DNA of 52,876 nt from an uncultured Clostridia bacterium (GCA_947165365.1 CAMVAF010000006.1:1-52876); one strand, 5' to 3'; shown: positions 31,071 to 41,668, counted from the stretch's first letter. Notes: generated by a model not told the origin, from the letters alone. Made by a program: numbers and translations.

Positions 31071-31384
31071 TAATTTTTAGTAAACTTATTATCTTTACCA
31101 GTATCATCTTTAATAATTAAGGTATTTCCATCAAAATGATATTTAAATGTCTTTGGATTATCATTTCCTTTATATAAAATAGTAATTTTTTCGTCATCAA
31201 CTTCATAAGTACAATCAAGTCTTGCTACAGTCATTTCATAGGAACATGTTTTATCATCATTAAATATGTAATAATATTCACTATTTGTTTCTATGGCTTT
31301 CCATTTACCTATAATACTTTTTTTACATCCAGTTGTTATAAATAATAATAAAAATAATACAATTCCAATAAGATATTTTTTCAT
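31070..31384 (-). CDS. Small lipoprotein (lipocalin-like/DUF5640-like)
   Basis: Lipobox TTGC, IIGKWK, YIFNDDKTC; GGAGG RBS. Confidence 0.7.
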   Translation of the reverse strand: MKKYLIGIVLFLLLFITTGCKKSIIGKWKAIETNSEYYYIFNDDKTCSYEMTVARLDCTYEVDDEKITILYKGNDNPKTFKYHFDGNTLIIKDDTGKDNKFTKN

Positions 31385-31443
31385 ATATCCTCCTAAAAAT
31401 ATTATATATCAAAATACTTAAAAAAACAATTATTATTTATTTA

Positions 31444-32154
31444 TTAATAAACAGAAATAGCATATTTTCTTTTATTATAAATAGATGCAAATTGATTTCC
31501 ATCAATCCAGTATTCACCTTGTCTTCCATCAACTCTTCCATCATGACAGTCATTGACTAAAAAATCACCCTTTGAGTTAAATCCAACAACACATAAACAA
31601 TGATTATTTTCTATTTCACCTCTTTTATCAATGCTCCAAGTGTAATATTTCCAAATAGGGTTATTCCAACCTGTTGTAACAAATACTAAAAGCACATGAC
31701 CTTCTCTTAATTCTTTCTTTAAATCATCTATACTTGCGCCTGTAAAATTTTTACTTGATGCAAATTCTCCTATCCATTTAGCAAGTGGGTTAGGATATAT
31801 TGTCGTTCTTTTACCTGTGTTTTCTCCATCATGTCCAATTTTAGGATTTCCACTATATCCATTAAAAGGTGTCTTACCATAAGGCATCGTCTTCATAAAA
31901 TCATCAAGTGAATAATTAGAAATATATCCAAGACCTCTTAAAGCCATATAAAGAGATACACCTTCACAGCCTAATCGATATCCCGTAGTTTTTTGATTAT
32001 AAGTAGGTATTTCTATATATGATACAACATCTGGATTTAAATTATTATTTAAAGATAAAGAATCAGTAACAGTAAGATATTTTACGGAATTATTAAAATT
32101 AAAAAATTTAATAAAAATATAAGTAATACCAATACAAATAAAAAACATTCCCAT
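31444..32154 (-). CDS. C39-like (papain-fold) peptidase; natural start probably ATG 32201 across a frameshift
   Basis: YNQ...GCEGVSLYMAL, HCLCVVG, VNDC catalytic Cys-His-Asp pattern. Confidence 0.8.
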   Translation of the reverse strand: MGMFFICIGITYIFIKFFNFNNSVKYLTVTDSLSLNNNLNPDVVSYIEIPTYNQKTTGYRLGCEGVSLYMALRGLGYISNYSLDDFMKTMPYGKTPFNGYSGNPKIGHDGENTGKRTTIYPNPLAKWIGEFASSKNFTGASIDDLKKELREGHVLLVFVTTGWNNPIWKYYTWSIDKRGEIENNHCLCVVGFNSKGDFLVNDCHDGRVDGRQGEYWIDGNQFASIYNKRKYAISVY

Positions 32155-32265
32155 AATAGTAAAGATATAAGAAATATTAATTATTTTTTCTCTTTATTCA
32201 TTTAAGCTCCTATAATACTATAAAAATATAATAACATAAATCATAAAAAAATTAAATAAAAATAA

Positions 32266-32306
32266 TTAGCACTCTCACTTGACAACTGCTAAAATTTGAG
32301 TATAAT
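32266..32306 (+). promoter_or_regulatory. CIRCE (HrcA operator) overlapping sigma-A promoter of clpB
   Basis: TTAGCACTC-N9-AACTGCTAA (consensus right arm GAGTGCTAA); TTGACA 32279, TATAAT 32301. Confidence 0.85.
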
Positions 32307-32328
32307 TAATACATGAGAGGTGATATAT

Positions 32329-34434
32329 ATGTATAATCAAGAAGAAAAAGAAGATGTACTTTCGAAATACGGAAGAGATGTTACTAAAGCTAGTCGTGAT
32401 GGTAAGATTGATCCTGTAATAGGAAGAGATGAAGAAATAAGAAGTATCACTAGAATATTATCAAGAAAGACTAAGAATAACCCCGTATTAATTGGTGAAC
32501 CAGGTGTTGGTAAAACTGCTATTGTCGAAGGACTTGCCAACCGTATCACTAAAGGCGATGTCCCAAATTCTTTAAAGAATAAAACTATTTGGGAACTTGA
32601 TTTAGCAGCATTAGTAGCTGGTGCAAAATATCGTGGTGAATTTGAGGAAAGACTTAAAAATGTCTTAAATGAAATTAAAAAGAGTGAAGGAAATATCATC
32701 ATGTTTATTGATGAAATCCACATGATTGTAGGTAATTCTTCAGAAGGTGCAATGGACACTGGTAACATTCTAAAACCAATGTTAGCAAGAGGAGAAATCC
32801 ATGTAATAGGAGCAACTACTTTAAATGAATATCGTAAATATATTGAAAAAGATGGAGCATTAGAAAGACGTTTCCAAAAGATTATTGTATCAGAACCTAC
32901 TGTCGAAGATACGATAACTATATTAAGAGGATTAAAAGAAAGATTTGAAATACATCATGGGGTAACTATAACTGATAAAGCATTAGTTTCTGCAGCAACA
33001 CTATCTAATAGATATATAACAGATAGATTTCTTCCTGATAAAGCTATTGATTTAGTAGATGAAGCTTGTGCAACTATAAGAGTTCAAATGGATTCTGTAC
33101 CAAATGATTTGGATACTTTAACAAGAGAAATATTATCATTAGAAATTGAAAGACAAGCTATTAAGAAAGAAAAAGATGAATTAAGTAAAAAAAGACTTAG
33201 TGAAATCGAAAATAAACTTTATTTATTAAAACAAGATGAAGCTAAACTTAAAGCTGATTGGGAAAATGAAAAAGGAATTCTTGATAAAATTAAAACAAAA
33301 AAACAAGAATTAGAAAAAGCTAAATTTACACTAGAAACAGCCGAAAATAATTATGATCTTGAAACAGCGGCAAGATATCGTCATGGAGAAATTCCAAGAC
33401 TTGAAAAAGAACTTGAAGAATTAAAAAAACTTTCCGAAAATAGAATTTTAAGTGATACTGTAAATGAAGAAGATATCGCAACAGTTATTTCTAAATGGAC
33501 TAATATTCCGATATCTAAATTAATGAGTGGTGAAAGAGAAAAACTATTACACTTATATGATCATATGAAAGAGTATATTAAAGGACAAGATGAAGCTCTA
33601 AAACTTGTAAGTGATGTGGTAATCAAATCCCGTGCAGGTATTAAAGACCCTAATCGTCCTATTGGTTCCTTCTTATTCCTAGGACCTACTGGTGTTGGAA
33701 AAACCGAAGTAGCCAAAACACTTGCTCTAGAATTATTTGATGATAAAACTCATATTGTAAGAATTGATATGTCGGAATATATGGAAAAGTTTAGTGTTTC
33801 AAGACTTATTGGTTCGCCACCAGGATATGTTGGTTATGAAGAAGGAGGTCAACTTACAGAAGCTGTAAGAAGAAATCCCTATAGTATTGTTTTATTTGAT
33901 GAAATAGAAAAAGCTCATCCTGAAGTATTAAATTTATTACTTCAAATATTAGATGATGGTAGAGTAACAGACTCTAATGGAAGAACAGTTGACTTTAAAA
34001 ATACGATTATTATTATGACTAGTAATTTAGGTGATGAATATGCTTTAAATAGTGAAAAAGACAAAGTAATGGAAGAATTATCCCATACCTTTAAACCAGA
34101 ATTTATTAACCGTATTGATGAAGTAATTATCTTTAATCCATTAAGTAAAGATACTATCTATGAAATATTAGATAAAATAATTCATGAAACCGAAGAAAGA
34201 TTAAAAGATAAAAATATTAAAATAAAATTAACTAGTAAAGCAAAAGACTATTTAGTAGATATCGGTTATGATGTTAATTATGGTGCAAGACCATTAAGAA
34301 GAGTTGTATCTCGTACTATTGAAAATATGATAGCTGAAAAAATAATACAAGGTGAAATAAAGTATGGTGATACCATAACCTTTGATTATGATAAAGATTT
34401 ATTTATTAAAAGTGATTTAAAAGAAGTCCAATAA
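32329..34434 (+). CDS. clpB: ClpB disaggregase lacking the N-terminal Clp repeat domain
   Basis: Two AAA modules ([16 protein letters not shown]), long coiled-coil M domain, begins at LSKYGRD. Confidence 0.92.
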   Translation: MYNQEEKEDVLSKYGRDVTKASRDGKIDPVIGRDEEIRSITRILSRKTKNNPVLIGEPGVGKTAIVEGLANRITKGDVPNSLKNKTIWELDLAALVAGAKYRGEFEERLKNVLNEIKKSEGNIIMFIDEIHMIVGNSSEGAMDTGNILKPMLARGEIHVIGATTLNEYRKYIEKDGALERRFQKIIVSEPTVEDTITILRGLKERFEIHHGVTITDKALVSAATLSNRYITDRFLPDKAIDLVDEACATIRVQMDSVPNDLDTLTREILSLEIERQAIKKEKDELSKKRLSEIENKLYLLKQDEAKLKADWENEKGILDKIKTKKQELEKAKFTLETAENNYDLETAARYRHGEIPRLEKELEELKKLSENRILSDTVNEEDIATVISKWTNIPISKLMSGEREKLLHLYDHMKEYIKGQDEALKLVSDVVIKSRAGIKDPNRPIGSFLFLGPTGVGKTEVAKTLALELFDDKTHIVRIDMSEYMEKFSVSRLIGSPPGYVGYEEGGQLTEAVRRNPYSIVLFDEIEKAHPEVLNLLLQILDDGRVTDSNGRTVDFKNTIIIMTSNLGDEYALNSEKDKVMEELSHTFKPEFINRIDEVIIFNPLSKDTIYEILDKIIHETEERLKDKNIKIKLTSKAKDYLVDIGYDVNYGARPLRRVVSRTIENMIAEKIIQGEIKYGDTITFDYDKDLFIKSDLKEVQ

Positions 34435-34505
34435 ACTTCTTTTAAATTGACATTAATTTATAAATATTATAAAATGATAAAGAACCATACTGGAGGTTAA
34501 CCATA

Positions 34506-35756
34506 ATGAAAAAAAATATTAAATTTATTATCATAGGAATTGTAATTTTTATTATAGTGATTATTACATCATTATATATTATAAATATAAATAATACTAA
34601 AATAATATTAAATCAAAAAAATTTAGAAATAACTATCGGAGGAGAAGAGAAAATACTTATAAAAAAAACTAAAAATCATTTAATAAATAAAAAAATAACT
34701 TGGTCTAGTAGTAATAATAATGTTGCTATAGTAAATAATGATGGAGTAGTTAAAGGATTAAGTAAAGGAAATACTATTATTACAGCAAGAACAAGTAATG
34801 GAAAAGAAGTACAATGTAATGTTATTGTTAATGAATTAAATTGCCCTATGGATAGTAAAATTCATTTTATTAATACAGGTAGTTCTGATGCCTTTTTAAT
34901 AGAAAGTTGTGGTCATTATGGACTTGTAGATGCCTCTAATGCCTATAATGATGGAACCAAAAAGTCTGTATCAGGTTATCAAAATTCTGTAGAACATGTT
35001 ACCGATTATTTAAACAAGATAATGGGGTGTAATGGCATAAATTGTAAAGGAAAACTTGATTTTGTTATCGCTACTCATTCTCATTCCGATCATATTGGTG
35101 GTATGGTTAAAATTGCCAATGTTTTTACAGATTCAAATACCAAATATTTCTATCGTAAGTATATTAAAACTAGAGATGATGTAACCAAAGATTGGGATAA
35201 TCAAGGATATTATGATAGAGCAGTCAAAGCCATGGAAAATGCTGGTGCTAAAATGATTGAGATAACTGATAATGATCCAGTATTTAATTTTTATGATTTT
35301 AATATATTTTTGATGAATACCAACAAAGTAAATAAGGATGAATTAGAAAAAGGTCTTGCAAGAAGTGAAAATAAAAATTCTATTATTGAATTAATTGTTC
35401 ACCGAAATGGTGTAAAAACCTTATTAGCATCTGATATGGAAGAAGAAGATGAAAGAAGAGTTCAAGATAAAATAGGCAAAGTTGATATTTTCAAAGTAGG
35501 ACATCATAGTTGGAATTGGTCAAATTCTAAAGAATTTCTTGAAAAATTAAAACCAGATCATATGATAATTACAAATAATACTATTATTGACAAAGATCGT
35601 ATATGCTATGGATTAAAAATAAATCCTCATGCTAAAGTATATTTAACCTCAAGTGTTAATGATGCTATCATTGCAGTTTATTCCCAAGATGGATATCAGT
35701 TAATGAATGATGAAGAAAAAATTGTTTTAGAAAGCGACATTTGTAATATAAATTAA
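34506..35756 (+). CDS. Membrane-anchored Big_2 + metallo-beta-lactamase-fold hydrolase (ComEC/Pce-like)
   Basis: KIHFINTG.SDA, THSHSDHIGG, SDME, KVGHHS; upstream TTGACA-17-TAAAAT. Confidence 0.8.
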   Translation: MKKNIKFIIIGIVIFIIVIITSLYIININNTKIILNQKNLEITIGGEEKILIKKTKNHLINKKITWSSSNNNVAIVNNDGVVKGLSKGNTIITARTSNGKEVQCNVIVNELNCPMDSKIHFINTGSSDAFLIESCGHYGLVDASNAYNDGTKKSVSGYQNSVEHVTDYLNKIMGCNGINCKGKLDFVIATHSHSDHIGGMVKIANVFTDSNTKYFYRKYIKTRDDVTKDWDNQGYYDRAVKAMENAGAKMIEITDNDPVFNFYDFNIFLMNTNKVNKDELEKGLARSENKNSIIELIVHRNGVKTLLASDMEEEDERRVQDKIGKVDIFKVGHHSWNWSNSKEFLEKLKPDHMIITNNTIIDKDRICYGLKINPHAKVYLTSSVNDAIIAVYSQDGYQLMNDEEKIVLESDICNIN

Positions 35757-35810
35757 TAATATCTAATGTATTAAAAAACAATATATATCCATAATAATAT
35801 TGGTGAAACT

Positions 35811-36515
35811 ATGAACGATATTATAACTGTAATAATAAAAGGTACTGTATCTTTAATATTCTTGTTTTTTGTAATAAAAATTCTTGGTAAGAAACAAGTT
35901 AGTCAATTAAATATCTTTGATTACGTAATAGGAATAAGTCTTGGTAATATTGCAGCTGAAATGACTATAAATAGTGATATCACTATTATTGAAGGTTTTC
36001 TTGCTATGACTATCTATGGACTTTGTTCTTTATTTGTATCATTTATAACTACCAAAAGTATTATTGCAAGAAGATTCATATCAGGTGTTCCCATTGTTTT
36101 AATGGCACATGGTAAAATAAGTAAAGAACAACTAAAAAAAGTAAAACTCGATATTAATGATTTAATGCAAGATGCTAGAGAAGATGGAATCTTTGATTTA
36201 AGTGAGGTTGATTATGCCATCATGGAAGTTAGTGGTAAAGTAACTTTTCTATTAAAGTCCAAATATGATTCTGTAACAAAGGAAGATATGAAAATAAATG
36301 AAAAAGATAAAGGTTTATGTGCTAATCTTATCCTAGATGGCAATATCATGGAAAATAATTTAAAAAACATTGGTAAGGACAAGAAATGGTTATTAGAGAA
36401 ACTAAAAAAGTATCACAAAAAACCAGAAGATATTTTCTTATTAACTTATAATGAAAATGATGAAATAAATATCTTTGACACTGATACCAATTTTAATCTT
36501 CGTATATTAGAATAA
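35811..36515 (+). CDS. DUF421 (YetF-like) membrane protein
   Basis: LGKKQVSQLNIFDYVIGISLG, YAIMEVSG, LILDG. Confidence 0.88.
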   Translation: MNDIITVIIKGTVSLIFLFFVIKILGKKQVSQLNIFDYVIGISLGNIAAEMTINSDITIIEGFLAMTIYGLCSLFVSFITTKSIIARRFISGVPIVLMAHGKISKEQLKKVKLDINDLMQDAREDGIFDLSEVDYAIMEVSGKVTFLLKSKYDSVTKEDMKINEKDKGLCANLILDGNIMENNLKNIGKDKKWLLEKLKKYHKKPEDIFLLTYNENDEINIFDTDTNFNLRILE

Positions 36516-36614
36516 GTGTATTATTAATACACTTTTTTTGTTTTATATAAAATTATTATTAAAATATCCATGAAAAACAATTGCATTATTTTAAACTTTA
36601 TGCTATATTATTAA

Positions 36615-36670
36615 CCGAGTAAGAAATTGCTCCTTGGCGAAGAGCCCGTATAGTCCAAAAGGAGGTGTAG
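36615..36670 (+). promoter_or_regulatory. Ribosomal protein S6:S18 autoregulatory leader
   Basis: ctccttgg pairs with ccaaaaggag (RBS); internal CCCG; promoter TTGCAT-17-TATATT at 36581. Confidence 0.7.
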
Positions 36671-36672
36671 AT

Positions 36673-36960
36673 ATGAGAAACTATGAAGTTATGTTTATAG
36701 TAAGACCTAATCTAGAAGATGAAGCTACTAATGCTTTATGTGAAAACATGAAAAAAGTATTAGAAGATAAAGGTGCTACTATTAATGAAGTAGTTAATAT
36801 GGGAAGACGTGAACTTGCTTATGAAGTAAGAAAATTCAATAATGGAAATTACTTTTTATTTAAATTAACTAGTGATAAAGAAGCTGTTAAAGAATTTGAT
36901 CGTGTTGCTAATATTAATGAAGATATTATAAGACACATTGTTGTAAAAAGAGAGGATTAA
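36673..36960 (+). CDS. rpsF: 30S ribosomal protein S6
   Basis: MRNYEVMFIVRP, GRRELAYEV, IIRHIVV; start after GGAGGTG. Confidence 0.96.
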   Translation: MRNYEVMFIVRPNLEDEATNALCENMKKVLEDKGATINEVVNMGRRELAYEVRKFNNGNYFLFKLTSDKEAVKEFDRVANINEDIIRHIVVKRED

Positions 36961-36965
36961 GAAGT

Positions 36966-37424
36966 ATGAATAAAGTTTTTTTAATAGGAAGACTAACAAG
37001 AGATCCAGAACTTAGATATTCAGCAAGTAATACTGCTGTTATGAGATGTGCAATTGCCGTTGATCGACAATTTGTAAGAGAAGGCGAAGAAAGAGGCGCT
37101 GATTTCATTAATATTGTAGCATTTTCCAATCGTGCTGAAACAATGAATAAGTATTTAACAAAAGGAAGTAAAATAGCTATTGAAGGAAGAATTCAAACAG
37201 GAAGTTATGATGATAAAGATGGAAAGAAAGTTTATACAACTGATGTTTTAGTAGATAACTTTGAATTCTGTGATAATAGAAATTCTGGTAATGAAACAAC
37301 AAACTATTCAAGTCCAGAAACTGCAAGTGAACCACAAGAATCAACTGGTTCATCAAGTGCAAATGATCCTTTTGCTGATTTCGGAGCTAAAATCGAAGTA
37401 GACGATAATGAATTACCATTCTAG
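36966..37424 (+). CDS. ssb: Single-stranded DNA-binding protein
   Basis: [18 protein letters not shown]-terminal DNELPF. Confidence 0.97.
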   Translation: MNKVFLIGRLTRDPELRYSASNTAVMRCAIAVDRQFVREGEERGADFINIVAFSNRAETMNKYLTKGSKIAIEGRIQTGSYDDKDGKKVYTTDVLVDNFEFCDNRNSGNETTNYSSPETASEPQESTGSSSANDPFADFGAKIEVDDNELPF

Positions 37425-37437
37425 AAAAGGAGGAAAT

Positions 37438-37653
37438 ATGGCAGAGTTTTATAAAAAGAAAAAGAAAGTATGCTATATGTGTACTGGAAAAGATATTGAT
37501 TATAAAGATGTAGATATCTTAAAAAAATATATTAATGATAAAGGTAAAATTTTACCAAGACGTGTAACAGGTGCTTGTGCTAAACATCAAAGATGTATTG
37601 CTGAACAAATTAAAAAAGCAAGAGCAATTGCCCTTTTACCTTATACAAAATAA
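37438..37653 (+). CDS. rpsR: 30S ribosomal protein S18
   Basis: [27 protein letters not shown]; start after AGGAGG. Confidence 0.97.
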   Translation: MAEFYKKKKKVCYMCTGKDIDYKDVDILKKYINDKGKILPRRVTGACAKHQRCIAEQIKKARAIALLPYTK

Positions 37654-37731
37654 TAAGAATATTTAACAGTATTTTGTGTAAAATTATTAAAAAGTATTGA
37701 AATAAATAAAAAATATTTGTATACTAATGTT

Positions 37732-37905
37732 GTATAGTAAAGATTTTCTTTACTAAGATAAATCTTTAAAAGATTGTATTTTGTGCACAATTTTGCATAA
37801 AATAAAAAAAGAGATACACTGTTTTTTGCAAGAGGTGTTTCTCTGTTCAATTTAATAGTCTAAATTGTTTTGAAAAAAACACCCTACATTGTAAGGTGCT
37901 TTTTT
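37732..37905 (+). ncRNA. Putative antisense antitoxin RNA (about 170 nt)
   Basis: TTGAAA-17-TATACT at 37697-37725; caccctac/gtaaggtg hairpin plus T-run at 37880-37905; no ORF. Confidence 0.45.
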
Positions 37906-37911
37906 CTTGTT

Positions 37912-37977
37912 CTAATGCTGTTTGGTTTCTACAATTATTAAGTAGACTATTGCTAGAGCAAAGACTACTAGTTCCAT
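37912..37977 (-). CDS. 21-aa hydrophobic peptide, putative type I toxin (MELVVFALAIVYLIIVETKQH)
   Basis: AAGGA RBS; minus-strand TTGATT-17-TATAAT (38106-38078); complementary 5' and 3' UTRs. Confidence 0.55.
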   Translation of the reverse strand: MELVVFALAIVYLIIVETKQH

Positions 37978-38165
37978 GCAGTTTTCCTTTCTTGAACATT
38001 GAACATCACCTCCGTTCTTTAAATTATAATAGTTTATTGAACAGAGGACACCTAAACAAGTATATCTCTTGTGTTTCATTATAAACTGATTAAAACATAA
38101 AATCAATTTATTTGCAAAAAGTTTACACTTTTAAAAGAAAAATATCCACAAAAATGTGGATAAAA

Positions 38166-38473
38166 TTATGCAATTTGTTTAATCACAAGATGAGCAGAAA
38201 CTTGTTCATTACCACCAGCGTTTGGTGTAATAGTAAGAGCTGTAGTATTTCCAACAGCATTAATTACCGAAATAATAGCATTTGCTGTAGTAGTTGTAAT
38301 AATAAAATTACCACTAATATTACTTGTTCCAGTAGTTCTACCTGTAACTGTATAATCAATAGGGGTACCATCTACTGTAATTTGAAGTTGTCCTGCTTCT
38401 GTAACTGGAACATCAAAATAAACTTCTCTTCATTTTTACATATTGCATAAACACAAACTTTATATTTATTCAT
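38166..38473 (-). pseudogene. Deletion scar: 5' end of a GT2 glycosyltransferase fused out of frame to 3' end of a BclA-like collagen/exosporium protein
   Basis: MNKYKVCVYAICKNEEKF, then in another frame YFDVPVTEAGQLQITVDG...GRTTGTSNISG...ALTITPNAGGNEQVSAHLVIKQIA*. Confidence 0.7.
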
Positions 38474-38580
38474 ATTTATAGTATATGTAATAAATATAAA
38501 TTAGTTAAAAATATCTTAATAAATTCTCCTAAATCATTGTTAAAAATCAAATAATTTTGTATAATTATATTGTGATGTGT

Positions 38581-39447
38581 ATGAGATTAAAAAAAAGTGT
38601 TAAAAGATGGTTAATAGTAATTTTATTTGCTATTATTATAATTATAGGTATATTTATTTTTAAGGAAAAAAATAACTATGAGACGAAAGAAGAGGTTAAG
38701 GAAATGCCAGAAGCAAATACTGAACCAGTATATAAAGATTACGGTCATGAATTTAATTTAACTTATGGTAATTATCTTGAAAAATATTATGATAGATACT
38801 TAAAATATAAAGAAAAACATCCAGAATACTCAGATGACTTAATTATCACTTATGTAAATATTGGTTTAGATAATCCATTCTATACTAATATGGAAGATAC
38901 TAATATGGATGATGGTATCTTGGTTTTATGTAATAAGTATCATACTTTAAAAAGTAATTATGTACCGGATTTAGTATCACTTAATGGTTATGGTGGTGGA
39001 CAAATGGCCAAAGTAGCCGCCCCTCACTACAAAGAAATGATTAATGCTGCTAAAACTGATGGAATAAAACTTTTTAATGTATCAGGTTATCGTAGTTATT
39101 CGACGCAAAAAACATTATATAATAATTATGTTAAAAGAGATGGTACTGAAAAAGCTGATACTTATTCAGCAAGAGCGGGAACATCAGAACACCAAACAGG
39201 ACTAGCCAGTGATATTAATACCGCTAGTAGTAAAGCTCATTTTGAAAATACTAAAGAATATAAATGGTTAATAGAAAATTCTTATAAATATGGATTTATT
39301 TTAAGATATCCCGAAAGTAAAACCTTTATTACAGGATATAAATATGAACCATGGCATTATCGTTATGTAGGTGTGGATGTTGCAACCATTATTCATGAAA
39401 AGGATATCACATATGAAGAATACTATGCAACATATATATTAAAATAA
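38581..39447 (+). CDS. M15B D-Ala-D-Ala/LD-carboxypeptidase (VanY family)
   Basis: SGYRSY, SEHQTGLASD, YEPWHYRYVG; N-terminal TM. Confidence 0.92.
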   Translation: MRLKKSVKRWLIVILFAIIIIIGIFIFKEKNNYETKEEVKEMPEANTEPVYKDYGHEFNLTYGNYLEKYYDRYLKYKEKHPEYSDDLIITYVNIGLDNPFYTNMEDTNMDDGILVLCNKYHTLKSNYVPDLVSLNGYGGGQMAKVAAPHYKEMINAAKTDGIKLFNVSGYRSYSTQKTLYNNYVKRDGTEKADTYSARAGTSEHQTGLASDINTASSKAHFENTKEYKWLIENSYKYGFILRYPESKTFITGYKYEPWHYRYVGVDVATIIHEKDITYEEYYATYILK

Positions 39448-39457
39448 AGGTGGTAAA

Positions 39458-40063
39458 ATGAAAAAAAATAGACATAAAAAAAAGAAATCTTCTGATTACT
39501 TTATTACATTCATGTTTATTTCCATCCTTGTACCATTTATTACTGGTATTATTATGATAATGATAGATGATTATAGAGGAGTTCTTGATAGTAATAATAG
39601 AGGAATTTATATGATACTATCATCTTTTGCAATAATGTATATTGACTTTTGTGTTATTGTATTGCATAAAGTATTTACGTATAGTAAGAAAGCATTTCTT
39701 ATTACTATTGTAATATCTTTAGTTTTGATTGGCTTTGGTTTGTTTTTTACTATAAAAGGTAATGATGAGAAAAGTGAAGAATGTACTATACTAGAAGTAG
39801 GTGAATCAACCATTTTAGTTAAGTTTCAGGATATAGAATTAAATATTAAAAAACCAAATTTGAAAAAAGTAGCTATCGGAAATAATATTAAGGTATATTA
39901 TAATGGTGATAATATTGATGATGTGCATTTTATCAATTATTCACATATAAGTAGTGTTTGTTTAATAATTGGTTTTATGTTCCTATTATTTGGAGGAATT
40001 TTTTTAATAATTTTGTATTCAAGTTATAAAAATACAAAGAAAATAAGAAAGGATAGATTATGA
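39458..40063 (+). CDS. Hypothetical membrane protein
   Basis: Four hydrophobic segments around a small soluble domain; overlaps next gene. Confidence 0.7.
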   Translation: MKKNRHKKKKSSDYFITFMFISILVPFITGIIMIMIDDYRGVLDSNNRGIYMILSSFAIMYIDFCVIVLHKVFTYSKKAFLITIVISLVLIGFGLFFTIKGNDEKSEECTILEVGESTILVKFQDIELNIKKPNLKKVAIGNNIKVYYNGDNIDDVHFINYSHISSVCLIIGFMFLLFGGIFLIILYSSYKNTKKIRKDRL

Positions 40064-41667
40064 ATAAAAGTAAAGTTAATTTTTGGACAATTCTTTTTAT
40101 TGCTGTAATTATTTATTTTGGTTTTGGTATAATTAGTAAAGTTAATAAAAAAATTATTAATCATTATGATAACAATGATAATTATGTATATAGTGATAGT
40201 ATTTTTAGTTTAATAACAACCCCCGAAAATAAAATTATGGAAGATACTATTAAAACATATTTAACTAAAAAAGGTTATGATGTTGAAATATCATACGCTG
40301 ATAATCTTGATATCGTTGATAAATTAAATGGGGGAGAGAAATATGATGCTATTTGGGCAAGTAATTCCATTTGGCTAGATAATTTAAATAATATATCGAC
40401 AAGTGATTCTAAATCAACTAGTATAACTCCAATTACTTTTGGTATTAAAAAAAGTAAAGCTGAAAAATTAGGTTTAGTTAATAAAAATGTTAAAATGAGT
40501 GATATTCTAACTTTGATTAAGAATAAAGAATTAACATTTAGTATGGCAAATCCTATTAATACTAATAGTGGAGCTTCAAGTTATTTAAATATTTTAACAA
40601 CACTTGCAGGAAACCCTGATGTTTTAACTAGTAAAGATTTAAATAATAATAAACTTAAAGAAGATATGAAAAGTTTCTTTCAAGGATTAGCAAGAACTTC
40701 TGGAGATGAAGATTTCCTAGAAAAATCATTTATTAATGGTGATTATGATGCAGCTTTTACTTATGAATCATCGATCATTAATATTAATAAAGAATTAGAG
40801 AGACTTCATAAAGAAACCCTGTATGCCATATATCCAATTGATGGAGTAGTTGTTTGTGATTCACCACTTGTTTATATTAATAATCATAATGATGCAAAAA
40901 AAGAAGCGTTTCATACCTTACAAGAATATATTTTAAGTGGTGAAGGACAAGATATCTTACTTCGTAATGGAAGACGTACATGGTATGGTGGAACCACTAA
41001 TGAGGCTCCCCAAGATACCTTTAAAAAAGAGTGGGGTATTGATACCACGAAATACATATCCCCTCTAAAGTATCCCAATCAATCTGTTATTAAAGAAGCT
41101 TTAAAAATGTATGTAGAGGAACTAAGAAAGCCTGTTCATGTAGTATTTTGTCTAGATTATTCAGGTAGTATGTATGGTGATGGATATGCATCACTTGTCA
41201 ATGCCATGGATTATATCTTTACTGATAAAGCTACTGCAAATATGATTAATTTCACTGAAAAAGATAAAGTTGATGTTCTGGCTTTCGGAACCAATGTTCA
41301 TAAAATAGGTAGTGAAAAAGGTAATAACACCGGAAAACTTTTAGATAAAATAAGAGAGTATGAAGTAAATGGTGCTACCGCTCTTTATCCAGCAGCAATT
41401 GATGCTTTAAAACTTTTAAAAGACGAAAATGATAACTTTAACACATCAATTATTCTTATGACTGATGGTGATGGAAATATTGGTACATTTAAAGAACTTG
41501 AAAATACGTATCACGAAATTAATAAAGATATTCCAATTTACTCTATAACCTTTGGTTACGCTAATGAAGAGCAATTAAATAAAATGGCTAGTTTATCTAA
41601 TGGTAAAGTCTTTGATGGAAAAACTAATTTAACTGAAGCCTTTAAAACAGTAAGAGGTTATAATTAA
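40060..41667 (+). CDS. Solute-binding-protein domain + vWA domain protein
   Basis: NPINTNSG; MIDAS DYSGS, GATALY, MTDG. Confidence 0.88.
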   Translation: MNKSKVNFWTILFIAVIIYFGFGIISKVNKKIINHYDNNDNYVYSDSIFSLITTPENKIMEDTIKTYLTKKGYDVEISYADNLDIVDKLNGGEKYDAIWASNSIWLDNLNNISTSDSKSTSITPITFGIKKSKAEKLGLVNKNVKMSDILTLIKNKELTFSMANPINTNSGASSYLNILTTLAGNPDVLTSKDLNNNKLKEDMKSFFQGLARTSGDEDFLEKSFINGDYDAAFTYESSIININKELERLHKETLYAIYPIDGVVVCDSPLVYINNHNDAKKEAFHTLQEYILSGEGQDILLRNGRRTWYGGTTNEAPQDTFKKEWGIDTTKYISPLKYPNQSVIKEALKMYVEELRKPVHVVFCLDYSGSMYGDGYASLVNAMDYIFTDKATANMINFTEKDKVDVLAFGTNVHKIGSEKGNNTGKLLDKIREYEVNGATALYPAAIDALKLLKDENDNFNTSIILMTDGDGNIGTFKELENTYHEINKDIPIYSITFGYANEEQLNKMASLSNGKVFDGKTNLTEAFKTVRGYN

Positions 41668-41668
41668 T

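Noticed and set aside
36634-36672. TTG-started N-terminal extension of RpsF
   Set aside because: Region is the S6:S18 leader; the RBS points to ATG 36673
38112-38450. Plus-strand 112-aa Cys/Ser-rich ORF from the track
   Set aside because: Antisense shadow of the minus-strand BclA-like/GT remnant; no RBS
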